In this document: positions 8,669-18,662 of the stretch, piece after piece
How the letters are laid out: each line of letters begins with the position of its first letter
How positions within the stretch are numbered: position 1 is the stretch's first letter
Source of the DNA: Clostridia bacterium
Lineage (GTDB): Bacteria; Bacillota; Clostridia; Oscillospirales; UBA644
Assembly: GCA_017623475.1 (NCBI GenBank)
Contig: JAGAPC010000017.1
Span: 37,375 to 101,374, forward strand
Direction of reading: 5' to 3'
Length of the DNA stretch: 64,000 nt
Notes under the pieces: model-generated
Seen by the model: only the letters and a program-made list of their open reading frames with translations
Told to the model about the DNA's origin: nothing
Database searches by the model: none
Translations under genes and position numbers: made by a program

Positions 8669-9164
8669 ATGGTTGACGAAAGAAAATTGAACGAATTGGC
8701 GACGGCAGTCTTTACTGCTTGCGAGGTGTGGGATCGCGCTCCGGGATCAAAAGAAATCTCTTATAAGCAAATGTTCGCGGTAGATCTTGGATTGTTTGTT
8801 CTTACTTTTTCCGGGAATGCGCGAGACTCTTTCAAAAAAAATGACGTGGTTTCCGGATGCAAAGTTTGAAGATGATACGGTAAAGCAGATCTTTGAACGG
8901 CTTTCGGATTTAGGAGATCTTTGGCTTGAGTTTAAGTTTGATATTCCTATTCTGTTACAAACGACGGGGGCACAATGGACGGTAACGAATAAAGTTAATC
9001 GGGAAGTACTTTCCGATACGATGGAAGGGTTTTATGAGTTTTTCGAACTTTTAGGGAATTGGCTGTTAGAACAATCGGATAAAAACCTCGATGAAAGAAG
9101 TAAAAAAATGGAACAAGCGTTGAATTTAATGCGAAGCTATATTGATGTAAAGAATAAAAAATAA
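8669..9164 (+). pseudogene. Hypothetical protein; reading frame split at an A8 run (8834-8841)
   Basis: ORF MVDERKLNELATAVF.. (ATG 8669) and ORF ..MTWFPDAKFEDD.. (to 9164) overlap only around the A8 run. Removing one A joins them into a ~165 aa ORF. The region is AT-richer than its flanks. Two separate small genes are an alternative. Confidence 0.45.
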
Positions 9165-9170
9165 AATTAA

Positions 9171-9194
9171 GGGGTCGGCATTCTGCCGACCCCT
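9171..9194. terminator. Bidirectional terminator hairpin
   Basis: GGGGTCGGCA-TTC-TGCCGACCCC between convergent genes. Confidence 0.7.
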
Positions 9195-9204
9195 CGTATT
9201 ATTG

Positions 9205-10386
9205 TTATTGGTAGTCACTCAAGTCGCCCAGCGTTAGCGTGGTGGTGTGGACGGAGTTATCGCGGATATAGGTCAATTCAATGGAATCCCCGATGTTCAT
9301 GGCTTGGAGCAGAGATTTCAGCTCGTCGATGGATTCAATGGTTTGGGTTCCTGCCTGGATGATGATATCGCCGGGTTGTAATCCTGCTTGCTCCGCCGGA
9401 CTGTCGGGGGAGACGGTATAAACGAAAGCACCCTTCAGATTCGGGGTATCGTAGGTGTAGCCGGAAATTCCGATGCCGGGGCGGGAGACCTTACCGGTAT
9501 TCATCAACTGCTCCGCCAGGGGGAGAACGTCGTCGATCTGCAGGGCAAAGCCGAGGTTTTCATAGGTGCCGGAAATTTTGATGGAGTTGATGCCGATGAC
9601 CTGACCGTACACGTTGACCAACGGTCCGCCGGAGTTCCCGGAGTTGATGGCGGCATCGTGCTGGATCAGATCCAGGGTATAGCCCAGCTCGGGGAAATTC
9701 AACCCCTCCCGCAGGGCAGAGACCATGCCTTCCGTTGCGGTGTAGGCGAGGTTGGTATCGTAGGGCGTTCCGATGGCGATGACGTAATCCCCGGCAACGA
9801 CCTTGGAGGATTGTCCGAATTCCGCGGGAACAAGTCCGGTGGCTTCGATTTTAATCACCGCCGTGTCCGAATCCGCGTCCGATCCCACCAATTTTGCGGA
9901 ATAGGTCCTTCCGTTGTAATCGGTGACGGAGATTTTGGAAGCGCCGTCCACCACGTGGGCGTTGGTCAGGATGTATCCGGTATCGGTATAGATAATCCCC
10001 GTGCCGAAGCCTGCCGCCATCTGACCGTTTTCTCCGATCCCTTCCACCGAAACGGTAACTACCGAGGGGGAGACCTTGGCGATAATTTCTTGGGGGGTCA
10101 GCTCGTCGCCCTCGGTCACGTCATCCCGAAAATTGTAGGAGGGGGTGACGCTTTGGGGGATCTGAAAGGATATTTGAGAGTTCTTTGCCGCCCAAATGGC
10201 AAAGGCTCCCATCAAAAGGGAGATGCAGACGGCGATAATGGCAAGGGCCATCCACATTCCGTTTTTTTGTTTTTTGGGGGTGATTTCCACCGGAATCGGT
10301 GCGGCCTCCGCGGGTTGGGGCTGTCCCGTGGGAAGTTGGGGTTGATCCATCAAGGACGTTTCCGGGGAAAAATCGTATCGTTCCAT
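9205..10386 (-). CDS. HtrA/DegP-family trypsin-like serine protease with a PDZ domain, membrane anchored
   Basis: N-terminal TM segment WMALAIIAVCISLLMGAFAIWAA. Catalytic motifs TNAHVV and NSGNSGGPL. C-terminal PDZ (AEQAGLQPGDIIIQ). Confidence 0.9.
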   Translation of the reverse strand: MERYDFSPETSLMDQPQLPTGQPQPAEAAPIPVEITPKKQKNGMWMALAIIAVCISLLMGAFAIWAAKNSQISFQIPQSVTPSYNFRDDVTEGDELTPQEIIAKVSPSVVTVSVEGIGENGQMAAGFGTGIIYTDTGYILTNAHVVDGASKISVTDYNGRTYSAKLVGSDADSDTAVIKIEATGLVPAEFGQSSKVVAGDYVIAIGTPYDTNLAYTATEGMVSALREGLNFPELGYTLDLIQHDAAINSGNSGGPLVNVYGQVIGINSIKISGTYENLGFALQIDDVLPLAEQLMNTGKVSRPGIGISGYTYDTPNLKGAFVYTVSPDSPAEQAGLQPGDIIIQAGTQTIESIDELKSLLQAMNIGDSIELTYIRDNSVHTTTLTLGDLSDYQ

Positions 10387-10569
10387 AGTGGCAATTCTCC
10401 TTTGAGAAAAAAGTATCGGATTCGTCGGAAGCGACCGCCGGCTTATTCCATGGCAGATAAGGACGGCGATCCTTCACGTAAGAAATTCGTTTGAATTTCC
10501 GTAAATTCATTATAACCGACGTTCTCGGTTTTCTTTTGACGCAAATTTGGGAATTTTATGGGATTTTCG

Positions 10570-11151
10570 TTATAGAAGATCCCATCGGGTCACGTGATAC
10601 TGCAGGCAGTCTGCCGTGTTCCCCCGCAGGGAGATATATCCGGGCAGGGTTTTGTGATATTTATACCCCGCCTTTTCCAGCACCCGCAGGGAGGCTGCGT
10701 TGTCCGGGTGGCAGATGGCGATAATTTCGTCCATCTTCAAGACCGAAAGGGCGTAATCTCCCAACGCCTTCAGGGTTTCGGTGGCGTAGCCCTGTCCCCA
10801 GCATTTTCGCTGAAGCCAATACCCCACCTCCGCGGAACGGTTGAAAAAATCCACTTTGTTCAGGTGAATCAACCCCAAAACCTTGGCGTCTTCCTTCCGT
10901 TCCACCGCCCATTCGGTGCAAAGCCCCGCCTCCAGCTGGGCTTGGATATTTTCAATCATCTGAACCGTTTCTTCCCGGTTGTAAGGTCCCCAGGGCTCGT
11001 ATTTGGTCACCCTTGGGTCTGAGGTTGCCTCCAACAGATCGTCGGCGTCTGCCCGAAAGACCTTGCGAAGCCGAAGCCGCGGGGTCTCAATGACCGGGTA
11101 GGGGTTCATCAAGCGGGAAAATTCCCGTTCAAACTGTTTTTCCGGTTTCAT
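10570..11151 (-). CDS. GNAT-family N-acetyltransferase (RimJ/RimL-like)
   Basis: 193 aa. The ETPRLRLRK N-terminal signature and the WGQGYATE acetyl-CoA binding motif. Confidence 0.8.
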   Translation of the reverse strand: MKPEKQFEREFSRLMNPYPVIETPRLRLRKVFRADADDLLEATSDPRVTKYEPWGPYNREETVQMIENIQAQLEAGLCTEWAVERKEDAKVLGLIHLNKVDFFNRSAEVGYWLQRKCWGQGYATETLKALGDYALSVLKMDEIIAICHPDNAASLRVLEKAGYKYHKTLPGYISLRGNTADCLQYHVTRWDLL

Positions 11152-11154
11152 AAA

Positions 11155-12135
11155 TTACTGTTTTCCGTATTTTTCCACGAATTCCTCGTAGCAAATCCCT
11201 TCGCTCATAATAATTTGGGCGGCTTCTTTGCCTACGTAGCGGTAGTGCCAGGGCTCGTAAATGATTTTTGTGATTTCGGTTTTATCCTCCGGATAGCGGA
11301 GAATAAAGCCGTATTCGGCACAATGGGTAATCAGCCATTGATAGGCTTCGGTTTTGTCGAAATCCTTGTTCAGACGGTCAAAGGAGGGGGTGGTAATATC
11401 CGCCGCAAGTCCGGTGTGATGCTCCGACGTGCCGGGGACTGCAACGACGGTGGCTGCGATTTCGGTGGCTTTTTCCTTGGAATAGCCCTGGTTGATATAC
11501 TCTTGTACCTTGTTGTTAAAGCCCTCGGTCTGCAGCTCGATCCCCCGATAGGTGGAGCGAAGCAGCAAAATCACGCCGTCTTCCTTCGCGGCGTTGACCA
11601 TATCCCGGAATGCCTGGGCGCAAAGGGAATTGACCTGCCGATCCTTTCCGTTGAGGGAAACCCAGGAAAGCTTCAGGGGATAATCGTCGGGGATGGGGTT
11701 GTCCGGATTGACTAAAATCATATTCCAGGCGGTAAAATCAAAGCTTCCGTCGTCGTTGATCCCGGGGGTGGGATCGTCGGTGTTGTAGTCGGAATGATCC
11801 GAAGAATCCGAATTTGTGTCGGTATCGGTATAGGTATTGGTTGAGGGATCGTCGCTCTCCGTGTCGGTGTCGGTTTGGGACGCCGATGAAGAATCGGTGG
11901 AGGTGTCGGTTTCGGAATCGGTGGATGGGGAAGGATCGGTGGACGTGATAACGACGGTGTCGGTGTCCGTGCCTCCGAAACCGGCGGGATCGGACGAGGG
12001 ATCCTTCGGTCCGCCCATCAGCTGTACTGCAAGGATTCCCAAAATCAGCAAGACCCCAAGGACGGTGGCACCCGCCAATAGGTGCATCCGTCGGCGGGCG
12101 GCGGCTCTGCGGGCAGTTCTACTCACGGTCGGCAT
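11155..12135 (-). CDS. VanY/M15B-family D-alanyl-D-alanine carboxypeptidase with a TM anchor and an acidic T/D/S linker
   Basis: Motifs SEHHTGLAADI and EPWHYRYVG. TM segment LLAGATVLGVLLILGILAV. Start uncertain (ATG 12135, GTG 12126 or ATG 12087). The longer ORF overlaps the queG 3' end. Confidence 0.8.
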   Translation of the reverse strand: MPTVSRTARRAAARRRMHLLAGATVLGVLLILGILAVQLMGGPKDPSSDPAGFGGTDTDTVVITSTDPSPSTDSETDTSTDSSSASQTDTDTESDDPSTNTYTDTDTNSDSSDHSDYNTDDPTPGINDDGSFDFTAWNMILVNPDNPIPDDYPLKLSWVSLNGKDRQVNSLCAQAFRDMVNAAKEDGVILLLRSTYRGIELQTEGFNNKVQEYINQGYSKEKATEIAATVVAVPGTSEHHTGLAADITTPSFDRLNKDFDKTEAYQWLITHCAEYGFILRYPEDKTEITKIIYEPWHYRYVGKEAAQIIMSEGICYEEFVEKYGKQ

Positions 12136-12925
12136 CCTCCAATATGTAAAGATTTCGGAGCATCGTTGCTTTCCCTTTCCAGGCAAAGGCGCGGTGCTCG
12201 TAGGTTTTTCGGAATTGACGGTCGGACATCCCTTCCACGTCGGCAATCGTCAATTTAGGTAGCAACTCGTTGGGCGGAAGGGCGATGGGCGCCGTCTCCA
12301 GCCCTTGATTATGGGGGCAGACCTCGGAGCAACGGTCACATCCCCACGCTAACTTGTTGGCGCGGATCAGCCGCCGTTCTTCTTCGGTCAATTCTCCTTT
12401 TTTCTGGGTCAGATAGGCAAGGCACTTGGTATAATCAAAGCCGTTCTCGGTCAACGCTCCTCCCGGACAGGCTTGGATGCAGCGGTCACAGGTCCCGCAC
12501 CGCCGGGTTACGGAGGGGGAAGGGAGCGCCGTTTCCAGATCGGTGATGATCTCTCCGAGGAAAATGAACGATCCTTGCTCCGTAATGCACAGATTGTTCT
12601 TTCCCTTAACCGCAAGTCCGCTTTCCAATGCCGCTTTTCGCTCGTCGATGGGGGAATTGTCGGTAAAGGGCTTGAAATAAAATTTCGGATAAATTTCCTT
12701 TAATTCTTCTGCAATTTCCTGCAGAATTCCGCCGAAATACCGATGATAGTCGGGCAGGGCGGCAAAGCGTGCCAGATTCTGCTCCGGCACCGTGGGGAAA
12801 TAATAGGGCAGCGCGGTGATCAAAACCGTCCTTGCCCCCTCCACCTCGTGCAGAGCAACGGCGTCAAAGGGGACGGAAGCCACGGATAAGCCCCGACGGG
12901 TAAAGGGTTCGGTGATGGGGTTCAT
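12119..12925 (-). CDS. queG: Epoxyqueuosine reductase QueG-like 4Fe-4S protein
   Basis: CGTCDRCIQACPGGAL and CDRCSEVCP ferredoxin-type motifs in a QueG-like context. The likely start is MNPITEPF at 12925, downstream of the ftsH stop. Confidence 0.7.
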   Translation of the reverse strand: MNPITEPFTRRGLSVASVPFDAVALHEVEGARTVLITALPYYFPTVPEQNLARFAALPDYHRYFGGILQEIAEELKEIYPKFYFKPFTDNSPIDERKAALESGLAVKGKNNLCITEQGSFIFLGEIITDLETALPSPSVTRRCGTCDRCIQACPGGALTENGFDYTKCLAYLTQKKGELTEEERRLIRANKLAWGCDRCSEVCPHNQGLETAPIALPPNELLPKLTIADVEGMSDRQFRKTYEHRAFAWKGKATMLRNLYILEDADRE

Positions 12926-12953
12926 TTCGTCGCTTCCTTTCCTTATTATATTG

Positions 12954-14882
12954 TTACGCTTCCTCCGCGCCGTCTTTTTGTTCGTCGGCGGCTTCGGGAG
13001 TGGCAAGCTCCGGTTCCGTTTTTGCAAACACTTCCTCGGGAGTTTTTCCGTCCAACAGGGCGCGGAACTGATCCCCGGTAATCTTTTCGTGGACCATCAA
13101 CTGTTCGGCGATGGTGTGAAGCTGGGGAAGCTTTTCCTGCAAGATCTCCTTCGCCCGAGCGTATTGCTCGTCGATGATGCGCTTGATTTCTTCGTCGATG
13201 GTGGCGGCAACCTTTTCCGAGTAGGTTTTGGATTCCGCCGTAAAGTCTCTGCCCAGGAAGACCTCTTCTCTGCCGGTTCCGAAGAGAATGGGACCTAACT
13301 TTTCAGACATACCGTACCGCATGACCATCTGCCGTGCGATGTCGGTCACCTGTTGAATATCCCCCGACGCTCCGGTGGAAATATCGTCCAGGCACAGTTC
13401 TTCCGCGGCTCTTCCGCCCATACCGTGAACGATGCGGTCCAGCATTTCCTTTTTGGACATATAACTCTTATTCTCCACGGGCAGGTACGAGGTGTAACCC
13501 CCTGCCATGCCGCGGGGAATGATGGAAATTTCATTGACCTGACTGTTGCCGTCGGCAACCACCGTGACGATGGCGTGCCCCGCTTCGTGGTAGGCGGTCA
13601 GTTTCTTTTCCTTTTCGGTAATCAGACGGGATTTCTTCTCTACGCCCAATTCCACCTTCATGATGGCGTCGGTGATCTCTTCCATGGTGATCACCTTTCG
13701 GTTGCCGCGGGCTGCCAGAAGGGCGGCTTCGTTCAGGACGTTTTCCAATTCTGCGGGAGCAAATCCGGAGGTGGCTTTTGCTACGTTTTCGAAATTTACG
13801 TCCTTGCCCATAGGCTTTTTTCGAGCGTGGATCTTGAGAATCTCTTCTCTTGCCCGAACGTCGGGCAGATGAATGACGATCTGACGGTCAAAGCGGCCGG
13901 GACGCAACAGGGCGCTGTCCAGAACGTCGGGACGGTTGGTGGCAGCCATGACGATGACGCCCTCGTTTTGTTCAAAGCCGTCCATTTCCACCAATAATTG
14001 GTTCAGAGTTTGTTCCCGTTCGTCGTTTCCGCCGCCCAAACCGGCACCTCTCTGCCGTCCGACGGCGTCGATTTCGTCGATAAAGACGATGCAGGGTGCG
14101 TTTTTCTTTGCCTGGTCGAAGGTGTCCCGAACACGGGAAGCGCCGACACCCACGTACAACTCTACGAAGTCAGACCCGGAAATGCTGAAGAAGGGAACCC
14201 CCGCTTCTCCGGCGGTTGCTTTTGCCATGTAGGTCTTTCCGGTGCCCGGAGGGCCTACCATCAGAACGCCCCGGGGAATCCGAGCCCCCAGATCGGTGTA
14301 TTTCTTGGGATTTTTCAAAAACTCAACGATTTCCTGCAGCTCTTCCTTTTCTTCGTCTGCGCCGGCAACGTCGTTGAAGGTGACCTTGCCCTTTCCGGAA
14401 TCGGCAAGCTTTAATTTGGCGCGGCTGAAGCCCATCGCTCCGTTTTTGCCGCCCCCTGCCATTTGCTTCATCATGATCCATCCGAAGAAGCAGACGGCAC
14501 CTACCAAAAACAGGTAGGGGATATACGTGACCCATGCGGGGATCGAATTTGCCTGTTTAATGTCGTAGCCTTCGGCAAGAACGCCCTTTTGCACGGCGGA
14601 ATCGACGTAGGGCTGTACCTGGTCTAAAAACCGCGCGACGCTGTAAAGCACGAAGGTTTTTTCTTCGGCGGGATTTTCGCCCTCGGTCTTGAGCTTGTAG
14701 GTCAGTTTATTTCCGACGATTTCAAACTCCGTGACCTGTTCGTTTTTGAAATACCCGACCACGTCGGAATATTTCACGGTGTCCTTTTTGGTCATGGTGC
14801 TGATTAAGGATGCGGCGATGACGCATACCAAAAGCAACACCGCCCAAGAGACGATACTGCGGATACGGTTGCTGTTGTTCAA
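12954..14882 (-). CDS. ftsH: ATP-dependent zinc metalloprotease FtsH
   Basis: Walker A GPPGTGKT, Walker [13 protein letters not shown] region and HEAGH zinc motif. TTG start 7 nt after AGGAGG. Confidence 0.97.
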   Translation of the reverse strand: MNNSNRIRSIVSWAVLLLVCVIAASLISTMTKKDTVKYSDVVGYFKNEQVTEFEIVGNKLTYKLKTEGENPAEEKTFVLYSVARFLDQVQPYVDSAVQKGVLAEGYDIKQANSIPAWVTYIPYLFLVGAVCFFGWIMMKQMAGGGKNGAMGFSRAKLKLADSGKGKVTFNDVAGADEEKEELQEIVEFLKNPKKYTDLGARIPRGVLMVGPPGTGKTYMAKATAGEAGVPFFSISGSDFVELYVGVGASRVRDTFDQAKKNAPCIVFIDEIDAVGRQRGAGLGGGNDEREQTLNQLLVEMDGFEQNEGVIVMAATNRPDVLDSALLRPGRFDRQIVIHLPDVRAREEILKIHARKKPMGKDVNFENVAKATSGFAPAELENVLNEAALLAARGNRKVITMEEITDAIMKVELGVEKKSRLITEKEKKLTAYHEAGHAIVTVVADGNSQVNEISIIPRGMAGGYTSYLPVENKSYMSKKEMLDRIVHGMGGRAAEELCLDDISTGASGDIQQVTDIARQMVMRYGMSEKLGPILFGTGREEVFLGRDFTAESKTYSEKVAATIDEEIKRIIDEQYARAKEILQEKLPQLHTIAEQLMVHEKITGDQFRALLDGKTPEEVFAKTEPELATPEAADEQKDGAEEA

Positions 14883-14915
14883 GGGGATGCCTCCTGTAAT
14901 ATGATGTTGTGGGTT

Positions 14916-15455
14916 TTAAGATTCTTCGGTAAATTCAACGACGCCAACATAGGGCAGGTTACGGTGCTTTTCGCCGTAATCCAAGCCGTAGCCGACCACG
15001 AATTTATCGGGGATGACGAAGCCGGTATATTCCACCGGAACCTCGTGGGTATGGCGGGCAGGTTTGTCGAGCAGGGAAACGATCTTCAGCGAATTTACCC
15101 CTCTGCCCCGGAGAATTTCGACGATCTTGGAAAGGGTTTTTCCGCTGTCGAGAATATCCTCCACGATCAAAACGTCTTTTCCGGCAATATCCACCGAAAG
15201 ATCCTTGGCGATCTTGATCTTTCCGCTGGATTCGGTGCCTGCACCGTAGCTGGAAACGACCATAAAATCAATCTGGACTGAGACCTCGTCGCTGACGGCT
15301 CGCATCAGATCGGTGAGAAACACCACCGCGCCCTTGAGAATGGAGACCATCAGAACTTCCTTTCCCTTGTAATCTTCGGAAATTTGAGCCGCCAGCTCTT
15401 TCGTCCGCGCTCTCAATTCTTCTTCGGTGATGTAAGGGGTAATTTTGTATCCCAT
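14916..15455 (-). CDS. hpt: Hypoxanthine phosphoribosyltransferase
   Basis: 179 aa with the PRPP-binding motif VLIVEDILDSGKTL. Sits in the canonical tilS-hpt-ftsH order. Confidence 0.95.
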   Translation of the reverse strand: MGYKITPYITEEELRARTKELAAQISEDYKGKEVLMVSILKGAVVFLTDLMRAVSDEVSVQIDFMVVSSYGAGTESSGKIKIAKDLSVDIAGKDVLIVEDILDSGKTLSKIVEILRGRGVNSLKIVSLLDKPARHTHEVPVEYTGFVIPDKFVVGYGLDYGEKHRNLPYVGVVEFTEES

Positions 15456-15493
15456 AGCAGGATTCCTCCGTTATGTATATGTCTTACTTCTTT

Positions 15494-16792
15494 TTATTTT
15501 TCCGAAAGAGAAATAAAATATCCCTCTTCCGTTTCTTTTGGTGCCGTTTCCGGGTTAAATCCGACGCCCTCGCACCAAAAAACGGTTGCGCCGTCGGTTA
15601 AAACCCAAAGCTTATCCCGTTTGTGCGACGGAATTTTTAATTCGATCATCCGTTTTTTTAAGGTTTTGCTTCCTCCGGGGGTGCGCAGGGTATCTCCCAC
15701 TTGTCGGGGGCGCGCCGTCAGGGGCAATTTTGCAGGGATGAGGGAATTTCTGTTTTTTTCGTCGCACACCGCTTTCGTTAAAGTCAAAGTGCGGCCGTCG
15801 GGGAGAAGGGCTGTTTCTTCCGTGATTAAAATCGGGGGGAACGGTTGGGATTTCTCCGAGACCGTCAAGAGGTCTTGCCCCAAATGTAATTGATATTTTC
15901 GGTCAAATTCTACGGTGCCGGTCTCTTTTTTCAATAACGCCAATCCCTGGTTCGTTTGCTCAAAGGAAAGGGTTTTTCCGAATTTTTCAAAGGCTTGCCG
16001 TAAAATTTCCCCTTGCTCTCCCTCCGGAAGGGCGCGCAATTCCGTTGCCGGAAGTCCGTCGGGGTGTGCGTCGAGAAATTGTTTTGCCCGCAGGGACAAC
16101 GCCTCGTGCTGACGCCGGAATCCTTGGGCGGTATTGCAAAGGCTTCTGCGCAGATTCGGGTTGATTTTTTTCATTTCGGGCAACAGAAGATGCCGGATGC
16201 GGTTGCGGGTATAGGTCAGCTCGTCGTTGCTTTGATCGACGGCGTAGGGGATCCCGTGTTCTTCGCAGTAGGCAAGAATCTCTTCCTTTCCGCAATCCAA
16301 AAAGGGGCGGATCAGAGTGAAATCTCCTTCGGGACGCTTGGGAAGGATTCCGCAAAGTCCTTTTCCTCCCGCGCCGTGAAGCAGGTGTAGCAGGATCGTT
16401 TCGCACTGATCGTCTCCGGTGTGGGCGGTGGCGATATGGCTTGCCCCCACTTGGGCGGCAAGGGTGCGGAAAAATCCGTAGCGGATCCGTCGGGCGGCAG
16501 ATTCCACCGTTTCTCTCTTTTGCATTTCCGCCCTTACGTCCGTGCGGAACACGGAGCAGGGGAGGGACAGGGCGTTGCAATATGCAACCACGGTAGATTC
16601 TTCCTCGTCCGATTCGGGGCGCAGTCCGTGGTGGACGTGGGCGACGTATAAGGGAAAGGCCGGGTTTTTTCGGGCGTACCAATGGAGCATCGCCATGGAA
16701 TCGGGTCCGCCGGAAACGGCTAAAATCAGCCCGGTGCAGTTCTCGTGCAGCCGATGAAGCTTTACCGTCTGCGTGGCGCCGTCAAGGGGCAT
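15494..16792 (-). CDS. tilS: tRNA(Ile)-lysidine synthetase
   Basis: PP-loop motif AVSGGPDS and the conserved position upstream of hpt-ftsH. Confidence 0.9.
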   Translation of the reverse strand: MPLDGATQTVKLHRLHENCTGLILAVSGGPDSMAMLHWYARKNPAFPLYVAHVHHGLRPESDEEESTVVAYCNALSLPCSVFRTDVRAEMQKRETVESAARRIRYGFFRTLAAQVGASHIATAHTGDDQCETILLHLLHGAGGKGLCGILPKRPEGDFTLIRPFLDCGKEEILAYCEEHGIPYAVDQSNDELTYTRNRIRHLLLPEMKKINPNLRRSLCNTAQGFRRQHEALSLRAKQFLDAHPDGLPATELRALPEGEQGEILRQAFEKFGKTLSFEQTNQGLALLKKETGTVEFDRKYQLHLGQDLLTVSEKSQPFPPILITEETALLPDGRTLTLTKAVCDEKNRNSLIPAKLPLTARPRQVGDTLRTPGGSKTLKKRMIELKIPSHKRDKLWVLTDGATVFWCEGVGFNPETAPKETEEGYFISLSEK

Positions 16793-18158
16793 CGCCGTAG
16801 CCCTCCGGAATGGTGACGTTCTTGGCGGGAGAGGTAAAGGACGTAAACCGTCCGTCCCAATTCAGGGTGACCTTTCCCACGGAGCCGTGGCGGTTTTTGG
16901 AAACGTGCAGAACGCAGGTGTTTTTCTTCGCCGCGTCCTTTTCGTAATAGTCCCGCGCCAAAAATACGATAACGTCCGCGTCCTGCTCGATAGAGCCGGA
17001 TTCCCGCAGGTCGGACAGCTGGGGGGTGGGGTCTTCCCGCTTTTCAATTCCGCGGGACAGCTGGGAAAGCAGAATAACCGGGACGTTCAATTCCTTTGCC
17101 ATCAGCTTCAGGGATCGGGTAATGGCGGAAATTTCCTGCACCCGATTGTCCTTTGCCGATCCGGTGGCGGAAGACATCAGCTGCAGATAGTCGATGACCA
17201 CCAGCCCCAGATTGGGAACCTTGCGAAGCTTGGATTTCATATCCAAAGCGGTGATATTACCGGTCTCGTCGATAAAGAAGTTCAGATTGCGGAAATTGGA
17301 ATGCCAGACCTTCAGCAATTCCTCCCAATCACGGGCGTCCAGCTTGCCCAAACGGAGCTTTTCGCTCTCGATTTTGCAGGCGGTGGAGATAATACGCCGC
17401 GCCAGCTGCTCCTTGGACATTTCCAAAGAGAAGAATACCACCGATTTTCGGGGATTGTATTGCGAAGATAAGGCAATATTGTAAGCAATATTCAACGCAA
17501 AGGAGGTTTTACCGACGCCGGGGCGGGCGGCTAAAATGAACAGGTCGCTGTTGTTTAATCCTCCGATGAAATTGTCAAAGTCGGAAATCCCCACCTTGAT
17601 GGGGGCGAATTTTCCCGTCTCGTCCTTTTCCATTTCGGTCAGACGGTTGATCTCTTCCTTTGCCACCGTCCCCAGCTGATGCAGCTGAACGGTTTGCTTG
17701 CCGTTGGAAATATCGTAAAATTTCTGTTCCGCAAGCCCCAAAACCGTGGGAAGGTCGGTGTTGGCGTAGGACAAATCGGTAATGTCCTTGCACGCTTCAA
17801 TGACCCGGCGGAGGTTCGCCGTGTCGGAAATAATTTTGGTATAATAGTCGATGCTCTTGACCGAGGAGGCGTTTTCCGCCAAGAGGAGCAGATACTGACT
17901 GTCCTCTTCGGACGTAAATTCTCCCTCTTCCCGGAGCTTGGACAACAGAAGAACCCCCTCGATGGGCTGATTCTTGTCGTACATTTCCAGCATCGCTTCA
18001 AAGATCAGCTGATGCCGCTTTGCGTAAAATTGGTCGATCTGCAGGGCTTGCGCCAGCGCGCCGATGCTTTCCGGGTCGAGAAGCACCGAGCCCAAGACGA
18101 TCTGCTCCGCCTCGATGTTGTGAGGCAGCTGCCGGTCAAAATCGTATCTCTGTTCCAT
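16782..18158 (-). CDS. dnaB: Replicative DNA helicase (DnaB family)
   Basis: PHNIEAEQIVLGSVL N-terminus, Walker A ARPGVGKTSF and DYLQLM motif. 458 aa with no intein-sized insertion. Confidence 0.97.
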   Translation of the reverse strand: MEQRYDFDRQLPHNIEAEQIVLGSVLLDPESIGALAQALQIDQFYAKRHQLIFEAMLEMYDKNQPIEGVLLLSKLREEGEFTSEEDSQYLLLLAENASSVKSIDYYTKIISDTANLRRVIEACKDITDLSYANTDLPTVLGLAEQKFYDISNGKQTVQLHQLGTVAKEEINRLTEMEKDETGKFAPIKVGISDFDNFIGGLNNSDLFILAARPGVGKTSFALNIAYNIALSSQYNPRKSVVFFSLEMSKEQLARRIISTACKIESEKLRLGKLDARDWEELLKVWHSNFRNLNFFIDETGNITALDMKSKLRKVPNLGLVVIDYLQLMSSATGSAKDNRVQEISAITRSLKLMAKELNVPVILLSQLSRGIEKREDPTPQLSDLRESGSIEQDADVIVFLARDYYEKDAAKKNTCVLHVSKNRHGSVGKVTLNWDGRFTSFTSPAKNVTIPEGYGDAP

Positions 18159-18191
18159 CAGTCTTCATTCTTCCTTATAGGAATTTTAAGT

Positions 18192-18641
18192 TCAGGCGTC
18201 TTGCTCCACCATCACGGTCATCTCTCCGGTGATCTCCGGGTAGAGCTTGACCTCGGCGGTGTATTTGCCAAAGCCCCGTACCGCAAGCTTCATGGAGATC
18301 TTTTTCTTGTCGATCTCAATGCCGGTCTGGGATTTCAACGCTTCTGCAATATCCTTGGTGGTAACGGCGCCCTGCAGGCATCCGTTGGCACCGACCTTTC
18401 CTTTGATGATTACCTTGACGGTGGAAAGGCGGGCCTTCAGTTCTTCCGCCGCCTTCTTTTCTTCCGCCTTCCGATGGGCGGCGGCAGCCTGTTGAGAGTT
18501 ATAGACGTTCAGATTTTCCGCGTTTGCTTCCACCGCAAGATTTCGGGGAAACAGATAATTGCGGGCGTATCCGTCGGAGGTGTTGACCAAATCGCCTTTT
18601 TTTCCGAGGGATTTTACGTCGGCTTTCAGAATTACTTTCAT
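18192..18641 (-). CDS. rplI: 50S ribosomal protein L9
   Basis: MKVILKADVKSLGKKGDLVNTSDGYARNYLFP is a canonical L9 N-terminus. Confidence 0.97.
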   Translation of the reverse strand: MKVILKADVKSLGKKGDLVNTSDGYARNYLFPRNLAVEANAENLNVYNSQQAAAAHRKAEEKKAAEELKARLSTVKVIIKGKVGANGCLQGAVTTKDIAEALKSQTGIEIDKKKISMKLAVRGFGKYTAEVKLYPEITGEMTVMVEQDA

Positions 18642-18662
18642 GGTATTTTCATCCTTTCGGGT

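Noticed and set aside
8592-8690. Small Cys-rich ORF (MKSCVFQCVRFRLHTLFYCRKAGKRAWLTKEN) overlapping the terminator of the candidate RNA, considered as a type I toxin.
   Set aside because: There is no Shine-Dalgarno sequence. The peptide is not hydrophobic enough for a membrane toxin, and the ORF runs through the terminator hairpin. It was judged fortuitous.
11800-12000. The T/D/S-rich repeat region in the VanY-like gene (and similar linkers in the six lipoproteins) as a DNA-level tandem repeat or variable-number locus.
   Set aside because: The repetition is compositional at protein level (TD/SD dipeptides), with imperfect and irregular nucleotide units and no clean tandem period.
16782-18158. 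Possible intein or insertion in DnaB.
   Set aside because: At 458 aa the protein is the normal length, with contiguous helicase motifs and no extra domain.
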